A stretch of DNA of 64,000 nt from Takakia lepidozioides (lineage: Eukaryota > Plantae > Bryophyta), in contig CM060734.1 in NCBI GenBank assembly GCA_030704615.1, forward strand, positions 14,198,001 to 14,262,000, read 5' to 3'. Below the pieces are notes generated by a model, which had not been told where the DNA came from, searched no databases, and was given only the letters and a program-made list of their open reading frames with translations. A program made the translations under genes and the position numbers. This document shows, one piece after another, positions 1 through 11,229 of the stretch; position 1 is the first letter of the stretch; each line of letters opens with the position of its first letter.

Positions 1-90
1 AATGATTGTTTTGTGCCTGAGTTCTGAATAGCCGATGTACACACTTCACTATAGATTGTGTTTATCACACTAACCTGCTATCTTTAGCAA

Positions 91-665
91 ACGAGGATGT
101 TCGAGGCGATCTGCCTGCGGAGGATTCGCACCTCAAAGACACCATCCTCCATCCGCAGCTTTGAGATTTCTGACCAGGGTTGTTTCGTCACCCCCCCCTA
201 TGAGCCGCATGTCGATGACATTTTGTACAACTTCATGCAGTCCAGTCAGACTCTGAAGAGACCAGATGGCACTCCCTAGAGAGGTGCAAAGGAAAAATCC
301 CCAGCGTTCATGCAAATACCGCTGGAGTCATGCAGCCACCACTCTGCACGGGTGGTCGATCTTTTTGTGTCCACAGGTTCGTTCTCTCCCTTTTGAATTG
401 ATTTTCTTTCACCAATTCCATCTGCTTAAATCCCCCCCACCGAACTGTTCATGTCCTCCTGTCTGGTGCAGGAGCAACTTACCATACATGCAAGGCAGGC
501 GGAAGAAGCCTTTTTGGCATGGAGGGTGATTCTGACCTCTACAACACAGTGCTCCTCCCCCTTTTGTCTGGCTCCACTTCAGGCACACAGACTGATCGGA
601 TTCAAATTTGAAATGATGACGATCCCGAAGATAAGCAGGTCGACAACGACTTTTCATGTGAGTAA
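91..665 (+). pseudogene. 3' exons of the beta-class amino-methyltransferase-like gene (copy 1)
   Basis: Exon ~91-376 reads ...P*RGAKEKSPAFMQIPLESCSHHSARVVDLFVSTG. After a GT(377)-AG(471) intron, exon 472-665 reads ATYHTCKAGGRSLFGMEGDSDLYNTVL. This matches the motif X/I/II pattern of N6_N4 methylases. Relative to copy 2 it has premature stops TGG>TAG (277-279) and CGA>TGA (~609). Confidence 0.75.
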
Positions 666-869
666 GTGCTGAACCCACTTTGGGAGTCATACTCAATTTC
701 TCAATAACATCAAAGTTACAGTAATAACTTTTTCAGGCTGTCTTTCAGGAAAGGCAGTGGTGGATCTTCAGGAGATACAGTCATTTGTGGCGAGTCTGTT
801 TTCGACAGCCCCCTTTCCAATTTTTTGCTTCCTGATTATGCCGAAGCAATGGCACTTCACGCGCCCGAG

Positions 870-3189
870 GGGGGCTGCTATTTCATGAGCCATGAGCCAT
901 GAGCGGCATGAGCCATGAGCAGAGTCGCAAGTGTGGAAAAAAACATGAGCAGCACTATTTTCCGGAAATGAGTGTCCGCGGGAATAGGGTTTAGGGTGCC
1001 ACGGTCATAGGGGGAAAAGGACCTCCCGATGAAGGAGGTTCGGCAATGTTATTTAGAATTATATATTGAAAGGCAATGTTTCGCGAATGGTAGGGTGGTA
1101 CTGCTCTGTACAATGGGGGCCCATTTCAGCCTACCAGCCACTTGCAAAATCCACCCACACTCCCAATCCCAAACGAAATGAGCAATGATGCATTTTGGGA
1201 ACGATGGACACAGAATAGAATAAAAAGAGGGCACAATGAGGTTTTTATTGATCCACATGAATTGCATTTGAAGCACGTCTACTGTGCTAATTGTGCCATC
1301 AAATCTTGAGCCCTGTGCCTACTGAATCCAAGTCACGTTGTCAATGGGACTTCGACTGCTCTCAGAACTAGCTCATGAGTCATGGGGCTCCTCCATGTAA
1401 AGTCGATTGCAGCCGTTGTACCGCCCCTAGTGATGTTCACCACAATGTCCTGCCCTTCAATCATACCACCATCGAATATGGAAATCTTCACGTTTTCGTC
1501 GTCCACACCAATGCAAATGTCCCCATACAATGGAGAAGAGGAGCGCACTCCTTGAGGAGAATAGGTCTCTCCGATGGAGTCCACCCACGTCCAGTGGCAG
1601 CAGTTCGATTCCGATTTTCCCAGCTACGACGGTCACCCATGCAGAAGAAGGCGCACTACTATGCTGTTGCGGTGAACCCAGTTCTGGTTCTGCAGGCACG
1701 ACATTATGACTTGCGTGTATGGAAAGCCCAAGTACGGCATACAAACAATGCCAGAGGCTCCCCCGGTGTGGCCGGTGGAAGCAGGCTGCGATTTGAGTCA
1801 GGTTGAGGCCGACGCCCTTACCGCCGCAGGATTTCGGATGGTGCAGCGCACTGACGTCCCCAGAGAACCATTTCCGCTTCCACAGCCTCCACCACCGACC
1901 CCTGTGAGAGCAAGAACAATGGGACACGACGGCTCTAAGCATCCTACACACCGTTGGGGGAAACCGAAGAGGCGGCGACCTCCCTCAAAAGTGAACGAGA
2001 CAAGGATGGGGAATGCACTTCGGATGAACTGTACAATCCAGAGCTCGACAGAAGTGCCCCCACCAGGATTCGGGCGTGTGTATCAGATGGCCACGGCGGG
2101 CTCAGCTGTTCGCAATGAGGTGTACACCATCACCATTTCAGAATTACCCACCTGCAATTGCACCGACTTCCAGATCATGGCGAACAAGGGGGCATCATAC
2201 TGCCCTTGCAAGCATTTGTACTACGTGTACCTAAAGAGACTCCGTTGTAATTCCACAACTCATCACTTCATACATGCACCAGGGTTGAGCCCCCAGGAGG
2301 TTCACACTCTTCTGAATATGGATCCAGGGGACCAGTGAGCTTGGCTTGCGGTCCCAATACAATGGTACGCCCATCCTTTTCGGATAGTAGAACTGTACTG
2401 CTGCCAGTACCTCAGAATCTGGCCACAGAAAGGTCCGACATATGTCTTGCCTACCAGTAACCTGTTTTGCTCGAACTAAGATATTACTATATCGTTCACT
2501 TGCTTCCACGTGCATGTATTTTTGTATGTTGGAGGGTTCATGTTTTTCTGCTTTCCGAAAACTTGCTTTCCTCATTCGACCTCCGACAAGGAAATGCGGC
2601 GCCGCATTTCCAAGTATCGTCGTAGGTACTGGCAGAGGCGGCCTTCGCCAACACCAAACCGCTCCGAAATTTCGCACGTGCGAACCCTAATGCGGCACCT
2701 TATTTCCCAGTTCAGTTGCAAACCTTTCCCGCTGAATACCCGAAGAAGACAGAATTGTGAAGTACTGCAGACTGTATTGGTGCAGACTCCATTGGTTCAA
2801 TCGCGGCAAAAGGGTCAGCTTCATTCCAATGTTAAGGCATGTAAAACCGCGGAATACTCTATACAGGCCAGTATGCGACATCCTTTTGCAGTGGTATACT
2901 GGATTTCCCGTTGCACGGTCACTTATTTCCATGAGCGGATCTAAAAAACCATGAGCGGACTTGTTACTGACGACATATCTTCGCCGCATTACATGATCTG
3001 GAACGTCCAAAAACGGCAAGGTCAAATAAAAAACTATTATTTTAATACTTGTTTAATCTGCCGCATTTCCAAATTTGGAGGAGTCCGCTCATGAAATCCG
3101 CGTATCTTAGACTTCGGCTCACCGCTCATGCGGCTCATGCGGCTCATGGCTCATGGCTCATGGTTTCTGCTCATGAAATAGTAAACCTC
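870..3189 (+). mobile_element. Non-autonomous Mutator-like element (2.3 kb) with TIRs and a 9-bp TSD
   Basis: The left TIR GGGGGCTGCTATTTCATGAGC matches the reverse complement of the right end, GAGGTTTACTATTTCATGAGC. Both ends carry CATGAGC subterminal repeats. The TSD is GCGCCCGAG (861-869) / GCGGCCGAG (3190-3198). The empty site is visible at 28872-28880. Confidence 0.9.
1706..2338 (+). CDS. SWIM zinc-finger C-terminal remnant of a Mutator-like transposase
   Basis: It has the SWIM motif YTITISELPTCNCTDF...CPCKHLYY and is clearly homologous to 14154-14840 (PPxVWPV, TEVPxPGxGRV, FIH...EVxTLL). No DDE core is recognisable in the element. Confidence 0.8.
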   Translation: MTCVYGKPKYGIQTMPEAPPVWPVEAGCDLSQVEADALTAAGFRMVQRTDVPREPFPLPQPPPPTPVRARTMGHDGSKHPTHRWGKPKRRRPPSKVNETRMGNALRMNCTIQSSTEVPPPGFGRVYQMATAGSAVRNEVYTITISELPTCNCTDFQIMANKGASYCPCKHLYYVYLKRLRCNSTTHHFIHAPGLSPQEVHTLLNMDPGDQ

Positions 3190-4049
3190 GCGGCCGAGTC
3201 CCTATCCCCTGAATTTTTACTGCTCGGCCGTAGGTGTAGCCAGCGTAGATCCGGAGTTCTTAAATACTTAGACTTAGATGCAGAGGAAGCGGGGATACAT
3301 TGTACTGACTGTGAGTCAGACTGAACTATGTTCTTTTAATATTTTGTTTCATCCTCTTTGGAAAACGTTGAATCCCCTTCCTCCACCGTAGTTGTTCCTT
3401 TGGAAAGAAAAATAATCAAAGAATCAACTACCATTTAAATTGCAGTATGTATGAATCCATCTCACAAACCTCCCTCACTCTTGTCATATCCATTGTACTT
3501 TCATCTACAGTGTATTCATGCGTGCTCCATTCATGAATGTTTTCCTTTGTTCAACATCCATTGTACATTCATCCTCTGTACTCTTTAATCCACCCCACAA
3601 ACCTTCCACACTCATGTCATATACATTGTGCATTCGTCTAAAGTTTTAGTCATGCATCTTCCTGTCATGAATGTTTTTCATTGCTCAACATCCATTATAC
3701 ATTCATCCATTTGACTCTTATCCATCCCTCATTCATCCATCTACATTCATTTTTCACACTCATCCATCTGTTTATCATCCAACTGTACATTCATCCATCC
3801 TTTATTCATCTGTTGCTTTCAGGTGGGAATGACCACTGCCTTTTATTATGTCGTCCAGCTTGTTTTCGCGGTAAAGGGTGCCAATCCGCGGGAATACACT
3901 CCACTTCTTCCTGGGCGCGTGGTGACGCGGTCTTCAAGTGTGATGACGTGGAGTGAGCCCCGTGATGTGGCATTGGCGCAAGGTGACGTGGCGTGAGCGC
4001 AATTGTGCTCACGCGCTCACGTGACCAGGCTCACGCCGAGGCATCCCCC

Positions 4050-4624
4050 CTTGTCGGTAGACCGCAAATACGTTTAGTGAGTTGGATAAAATGCTTGTCA
4101 TTTAATCTAATGTCTGCGAGGGAGAAGGGTGTTGCGTGAAAAGAGTATTGAACTTGTGGTTTGAGTACCGATTGAATAAGGGAGAGTTTGAGGCGAATGA
4201 CAACTGGAGATTTGAGGAGGCTAAGCTTATGTTGGACATTTTAGTGATCGTAGTGGTTTTTTGTAGGTGCCATGTGAGTGATGAGACAAGTTGTATACCT
4301 AGGTAGGTATAGGGTTTGTCAGGGCCTAGGAAGGGGAAGTCTTTATTTTGGTAGTGGATATGTAGCTTGCAGTGTGAGGCCGTCGTAGACTTAGTGAGTT
4401 TGCTATGGTGGGTGGCTGCAGTGACAGCGCATTTGTGCAGGCTTAGCTTTATTCCAGACCATTGGTTGAATCTGTATAGTTTGTCTACTTGTCTATTGAG
4501 ATGCTGAGGCTTATGGGCTAGAATGGCAAGGTCATCAGCATATGCTGCCGCAGAGATTTTGTTATCAGAAGTTTTGCAGTGGTAGCCTAGTCTGCCACGA
4601 TCAATCTATCTTAAAAGGGGTTCT
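4050..4624 (-). pseudogene. LINE reverse transcriptase segment (continuation of the 30360-34540 LINE)
   Basis: The minus strand reads PLLR*IDRGRLGYHCKTSDNKISAAAYADDLA. It joins ...QGDT.SPHLFIIFLE at 30360 once LTR element A and one TSD copy are removed. Confidence 0.85.
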
Positions 4625-6341
4625 TGTCAAGGACGAGAACATGACTGAACACAAACAAGAGATCAGACTAGAGGTACAAGACTAGACAAGAAGTCAAGGT
4701 CGGCGTGGCCGAATGCATGATGAGTAAATAGGAATCAAGACGATCTTTATAACAATGAACAAGAGTACAAGATATTGGAATACGACTTGAATACTGGAAT
4801 GCTGGAAACTGGGCTAGAGTACTGGGAACTGGAAATAAGAATAGCTTGAACTGGTGTTGGCGAGACTGAAGAGTGTCCAGTCTCGCCTCCTATATATACT
4901 GGCTACTAGGAGGTTCCCTAAGAGGCTTCCCCAAAGGAGGTTTCTTGATGGAGAAGTTTCCTTAAACAAATGAGGTATCTTGATGGAGAAGTTTCATCCA
5001 AAAGAAGCTTCCTGAGCAGTTTCCCAAGTTACTCTCGATAATTTGGTAAACTCCCGATAATTTGGTAACTTATGGTAAATCATGGTAGATCACGGTAACT
5101 TTTGATAACATGGTAACTTAGTAACTTCTGGTATTTTGTGGTGCAAAAAGAAGGGCCTACCTAAAGGTTCACTCTACCTTGTCTTATCTTTTGACACCCC
5201 TTAGATAGGATGCTGCCGCAGCGGAAGAGAAGATAACATCCTTCTCTTTGGGATATCTCTACTCTAGCACTCATGTTTTCTGTGTGCTATTCCCCATAAC
5301 TTAGTTTGGAAGAACTACTATCCACCCATAGGGGCAGTGGCACTACAACAATCTGATCCCTCACTATCTATATGACTCAACTGACTTACTCTAGTTTTCT
5401 GGTTATGCACTTGGATATTGCATAATACCTCTCAACTAACATGCAGGCTGACTGAGTGCTCTCAAGATCTTGGTTGTCATTTCTATGTCTACCTCTGGTT
5501 CTACACTATGCTATCATTCCAGCATTCAAACAAGCAAAAACTCTATCTTTCATGCATTGCTAAATCTCTATTCTTTTCTATGGTTGAACACACTCATTAT
5601 TCTACATTAGTTCCAAATACCAACTGAGTCTGATCACAATTGCCAACTCCACTTTGCTCCATATCACGTTGCATCCATATCGCCAAGAGACCTCACGCTC
5701 CCAAAAGCTCCAATGTCAAAAGCCTGTCTGTCTCTCATCATCCCAGCCTAAATCCTACCCAACCACCTCCCCTCCTCCGGGAAGTCAGCTGGCAGCCATT
5801 AATGCATCCCATGGTGCCATGTGATCCCTTACTAAAAACCGATTTGGCCAGCCTGCGGGTGTTATCCCCCTCTCATCTAGCCAACATAAGACAAAATCAC
5901 TTTTAACCTACCCTTAATTCATCCAGCAAGCAGCTATAACTCCGTGGATGAAGTATGACAATTCATCCATTCAGTTCCCACATCCCTCCACTTTGTCATT
6001 TCCCTTAAAATTCAACGAATGAGATTTCCACTACCCCCATCCATTCATTCGTGGCATCACTTTAATGAATGATGTTGGATGATTGTTGCACATCCCCACT
6101 TCATCCATTACTTCATTCCTCTCTCTTGTCGACATGCATGTTCCGACCAACATCTTTGTCTGAAAATCCTGTCGACACACGCCTTTTACCCACAGCTGTG
6201 GTGCACTCCATTCCTTGGCTATCTCTGTCATGGGGGGGCATCTTCAATGTGCGCTGAAGTCTTCATCGTGCACATTCCCTTCAGCTCCCTTCGTGGCCAA
6301 GTCCATCGCTTGCCTACCCCATCCTGCAGCACGCATCGTCG

Positions 6342-6900
6342 TCATCCCTCACTCCCCTTTACCTTTGCATCATCCTTATACTCCACCATAAGGTAGGGTC
6401 CCTCCCAGGGATCCTGCATCTTTCTCTTCACACTGGGCTTCAACATCATTACCAAGCTCTCATTCTCCAGGTGCTGGTGCTCATCATTGTGCTTGTGGCG
6501 GGCATTGTAATCATTTTGCTGCCGGGCCTGTGCCTTCTTCACGTTGCCACGGAGTCTTCCCTCGATCACCCTAATAGCTGCTATTTTCTTCTGGATCATC
6601 TCAGATATGGCTGCTTCATCATCGTTCAGTTCCACTATCTCGGTGATTGTCCCAATTTCATTGTCCACGCTCATTCGCTTGTCCCTGCCTGTGAGGACCT
6701 TGAAGGGTAAGACATTCGTTGATGCATGCACACTAATTCTATACCCGAAAGCAGCCTTGTACACATCGCGATCCCAATCATTCCATGTGATATCAGCCGA
6801 TTGACACCTCACATGCACATGTGTTTTCCTTGTCATTTCTACTGTTTGATTATACCAGAAAAGTTCAGCAGAGTTCTTCCCTTGCATCCGTTGAATCCCA
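6342..6900 (-). pseudogene. Gypsy integrase C-terminal remnant within ORF 6342..7952
   Basis: The sequence WDRDVYKAAFGYRISVHASTNVLPFKVLTGR...KKAQARQQNDYNARH...WEGPY is the post-core, GPY/F-type region of gypsy integrases. Confidence 0.75.
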
Positions 6901-9759
6901 AAACGATCCATGTCATAGTGCATACTCCGAATGATGCCTGTTCGATCACCTTTCGATAGCACTACAAGCATGTAGTAAGTCAAGTGTCCCTCTTCATGCT
7001 TCAGCCATTCAGGTGGTTTTTCTCCCATCACCGCCTTCATTTGCTGCGTTGTCATGTGATTCCCTTGTGTGACTTTGACCTGTTCATGCCCAACCATTGG
7101 AAGAATTCCATGTGTTGGTTTACTGCCATTTTGACCTTCCTTCTTCAACTCCCGTTGTGCTCTCCAATGGCTGATTCCTGACTGGTATGGACTGTCCGCA
7201 CCACTCATTGTGTGCCCTTCCTTGCATGTCTCTCCAGGTTTGCTAGTGACTGCCCCATCCTGAACACTCCTTCCCTCAACATCAGGGCAGTACCCCTCTC
7301 CCGTTTCCTGCTTTTTGGTATTCTTGTTGCGCCAGTAGCTCTTTTTGTTGACTTGCTGTTGCTGCGCAATGTCCATTCTCACTGCCCTGATCTGTTCCAT
7401 GCCAACATAGGGCAGTTGGCTGCTCACAAAGTCTCTTCCTGGCAATTCCATCTCCTTCTCTTCCTGCATGGCATTCCATGCTTGGCCGGCTGCTTTCCTT
7501 TTCCATTGAACCCTTCCTTTCTTCTTCTTGAGTGTAGCTAAGCCCCATTGTTTATTTGTTGATATTTTTGCAGCTTCTCCATGTGGATTGGGTTCTCTTC
7601 GGAACCTTCTTGCTTTAGCCTTGTCACTCCGGTTCATCATTCCTTCCCTCACCTGCTGAGTCACTGTTTGCCACGGGTACCTGCAACATATAATCACCAT
7701 TTGAATGGCATGCCTTCCCCACATCATCAGGTCAACTCGTGCCTTTGGTTGAGAGTTCATCATCATTACCCCAATGTTTGCCCCCTTTCCTTGCTTCAGC
7801 TCAGTTACCACTTGCACCTTTGGTATTGCCCCATTTCTTGCATGCAGGTTGTCCTCAAAAGCAGGTCCCAATTCCATTTGCATCGTTGGTGGCCAATCAT
7901 GGCATACCAGTTGGTCACTGCTCCCTCTTTCTCCATGAGGCTTCCTTGTCATAGCTTGAGGGGACTGATCAGATCTGCAAGTGAGCAGCTGACATCAGAA
8001 AGACAAACTGAAAAGGTGTTCAATGAGAGGTCAACATCTGTGGATCTTCAAGCTATCGAGGCAGAAGTACTACACAACACATCATTTAGTAACTCTGGAG
8101 TGGGATGACAATTAGGTGAGTCAGCAGAAAGCAAGATTACCTACAGAGGTGATACCGGTTGCAAACTTGATCAGAAAATTGGAGACAGCACCGCGACCTG
8201 TCAAGGGAGTGAAACCCAAGACCAAAGTGAGGAAGATCACTGGCTGGGACTCCAGACAGAAGCATGCGGAATGCAACAATCCAAATTTGAGATGTTTGAA
8301 CACGGTAGACCAAGGTACTCTAGCAAGCTGCTGACGCCAACAAAAACTCTTGTCTCAGGCAAGGAGTTCACAACTAGTGTGTTTTGTGAGGGTGATGCTG
8401 ATGAGACCTCCAAGGATGTGACAGCAAGGATGCAAGTGAAAGAGACGCCTTTATACCATGCACAAAGAGAGGAGGAGAAACCTGAGAAGTGCTGGCAACA
8501 GGTGAGCAACCTAACCATTGGAGCTGAGGAGTGGTTGCATGCTCCAGTTGGTCACGATGGTGCAATCAGTAAGCAAGCTGATTCAATTGAATACCTCGCA
8601 AACCCAACAACCAAGAGCAAAGTAGAAGATGACTTACCCATAAATGACGAGAATGCAAGTGACGTGGAGGATGCGCAGCGAAATGGCAGGTTGCTTATGC
8701 CCTTGCATGATCCGGGCAGCGGAGGTGAGTCTGACTTGCTGCCACCTGTTGGTCAAATACCTATTGCGGAAGATGAGAGGGTAAAATCAGAAGCTAGGGG
8801 ACATGAGGTCTGGCAGGATGCAACATTGCGAAGGTTAAGGGATGCATCAAAATGGCAGGTGTTTGATGGTGGTGGAGATGTCACTGGAGTTGATGCCAAC
8901 AAGCACCCAACTTCAGATCAAGAATCAGCAAGTTGCAATGACAAAAGGGGAAACATGAGAGTGGGGAGTGCCTTGAAGGACTCCAAAGAATGCATCACCA
9001 ACCAGAGCAATGCCAGAAGAAAAGGGGTGAGGTTTTGACTTTGTCCAGGGGTAAACGATGCAAAGGAAGGTGACATACATAATAAACTGAAAGGGAAAGA
9101 GAGTGATGAGGCTGAAGTAAGGGGAGGATGCATGGGAGATGTTAGACCCATCTGTCAAAAGGCTAGGGAGAGACTGCAGGCCTGCCAAAAACAGCCCATG
9201 GATACCAACAGTGTCACTAACATTAAGACAAGAGATGAGTGCATAGGTGGTGATAACTACCTAGAGGAAGTGTCACACCTATCTTGCAGGGATGTAGACA
9301 TTGAACATAATCAGGCTGGAGATCAAGATTCAGAGAGTGAGAGAAGCAACAGCCCAGACCTGCAAGATGCCATTTGTTGTGGAGTTGGCAACTGTGAGAA
9401 AGAGGATGATGCTGAGAATGATGAGCAACAATGTCATGAGATGGGAAACAAGCCTGATACATGCTAGCTCTGTGAGCTGAGTGATGGATACCTAAAGACA
9501 TCAGCCTGCCGTCAGGACACCCAATGTATCAAGGGAGAGCCATCAAAAAATTTGTGGCTGACCTTCACCAAAGGTGAGCAAGAGGCTCAGATCAGGGAAG
9601 CAGAAACATGGGGAGAGAATCACGATCATAACAGCCCTGAAAGGTCACTGGCCACACCAAAGGAGGGGCTGCATCAAGGCATCATGGATAATGTGGAGGT
9701 GATACATCCTCCAACCTTTGGACAGCCCATTGATTGTCAGGAAAAAGGTGTCAAGTTGA

Positions 9760-10218
9760 GAGGTAAGCATGTATATGCCCACATGATCCAAAGTAGACTC
9801 GGGCTAAACATCTTTATACTCAAGACTGCCCTGGTTAACATGGATGCCAAGAACATAAGCATGAAGGATACACGTGAAGTGTTCGACAAGATGATTGAAC
9901 CAGATGCGGTTTCATGGACCAAAAGGATCACAGCATATGCTCACCATGGCTATGGAGTAAAGGCTTGGGAGCTTTATGAGCAGGCAGAAGAGACGGATAA
10001 ACATCAGAAAGTTACACCTGCGGGCAGTGACTTGCCATTCACTGGCATGGTGCAAACAAGAGCTGAAAAGGGAGGGGCACCTGAACAGCACCACAATGCT
10101 GTACTTAATCCAGAGATAACACATGCACTGCAAGGCTCAGGTGGTGTCAAAGGTGGTGGCAAGATGAAAGGAGTGTTTGACAATATGGCAAAATGAAATC
10201 AAGTTTTGTGGGATGCAA
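9760..10218 (+). pseudogene. Captured PLS-class pentatricopeptide repeat (PPR) fragments
   Basis: KHVYAHMIQSRLGLNIFILKTALVNMDAK...REVFDKMIEPDAVSWTKRITAYAHHGYGVKAWELYEQ follows the L-S-P motif consensus. A second piece, VFDNMAK*NQVLW, lies at ~10170-10215. Confidence 0.75.
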
Positions 10219-11229
10219 TTTGGCCAGCCTGCGGGTGTTATCCCCCTCTCATCTAGCCAACATAAGACAAAATCACTTTTAACCTACCCTTAATTCATCC
10301 AGCAAGCAGCTATAACTCCGTGGATGAAGTATGACAATTCATCCGTTCAGTTCCCACATCCCTCCACTTTGTCATTTCCCTTAAAATTCAATGAATGAGA
10401 TTTCCACTACCCCCATCCATTCATTCGTGGCATCACTTTAATGAATGATGTTGGATGATTGTTGCACATCCCCACTTCATCCATTATTTCATTCCTCTCT
10501 CTTGTCGAGCCGATATGTCTGTTCCGACCAACATCTTTGTCTGAAAATCCTGTCGACACACGCCTTTTATCCACAATTTATTCCTGGTAAGTTCCTCTGG
10601 GCTATGTCCGTGACATCACCCCCTCCTCGAGCGCCGAGTACCTCGAGGAGCGGTAAAATCTTGGACTTGCTTAGAGCTGGAGAAGATCCAAAATCCGGCG
10701 AATGGTACTTGCCAAGTATTCGGCTCTTCGTTCTTGACTCAAATGATTTGCAAGTCCCTGCAACCATCGATAATGTCCAACACCTTGAACTTGGGACCAC
10801 GCAGTGATTTGAGCATTCTGATTTTTGAAACTGCCTTCAAACATGATTTCGTTGCCCTCTGGGTCCGAAGCCTCAACCTCCAACATAATTATCAGACTTC
10901 GAGTAGGCTCCACTTGCCGTCGTACGGGGTCCAGACGAGGAAGTATGCGTCGCATTGGTGGCCCATCGTCTTGAGAGCGTCGGCGTGGTATTGAAGGTCA
11001 TGAGAGTCGGAACGGCTGATCTGGTAGTTGGGTAAGCGACAGCTCCAATGTATTTGGTTCCTGTGACTCTATGCTACCAATACAAGATACAAGAGTGCTT
11101 GAAGTGTAGCTATATATATGGATATGTGATGCTTTTTTTTCTTTAGCATGTATCAGGTACACTGAATGTGGAGTCTTCATCTTGAAGCTAACTTGGCTGA
11201 CATCATCGTTGTGACGTCTTATTGACGTG

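Larger units (their letters stand above)
1..4049. mobile_element. Right arm of a second copy of the Mutator-like ParB/methyltransferase transposon (left part outside the window)
   Basis: Apart from the 870-3189 insert, positions 1-869 and 3199-4049 are near-identical to 21140-21183 + 28055-29730. Both end in the same terminus ...GCTCACGCCGAGGCATCCCCC. LINE RT sequence follows directly. Confidence 0.9.
5137..10575. mobile_element. Degenerate LTR-type element C inserted in the LTR of A
   Basis: Termini are TGTGG...CCACA with a 4-bp TSD ATTT (5133-5136, 10576-10579). A ~355-bp direct repeat (5842-6194 / 10218-10575) ends in CCACA in both copies. It contains integrase C-terminal remnants and rearranged internal sequence. 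Confidence 0.75.
4625..10615 (-). repeat. 3' LTR of element A (4625-5136 + 10580-10615, split by element C)
   Basis: It aligns to 29740-30359 and resumes at ATTCCTGGTAAGTTCCTC after the insert. It contains TGGTAA and GGAGAAGTTTC internal repeats. Confidence 0.9.

Noticed and set aside
3681-3956. His/Ile-rich ORF (also 29362-29637)
   Set aside because: It is a translation of CATCCA low-complexity subterminal repeats; identity between copies reflects element duplication.
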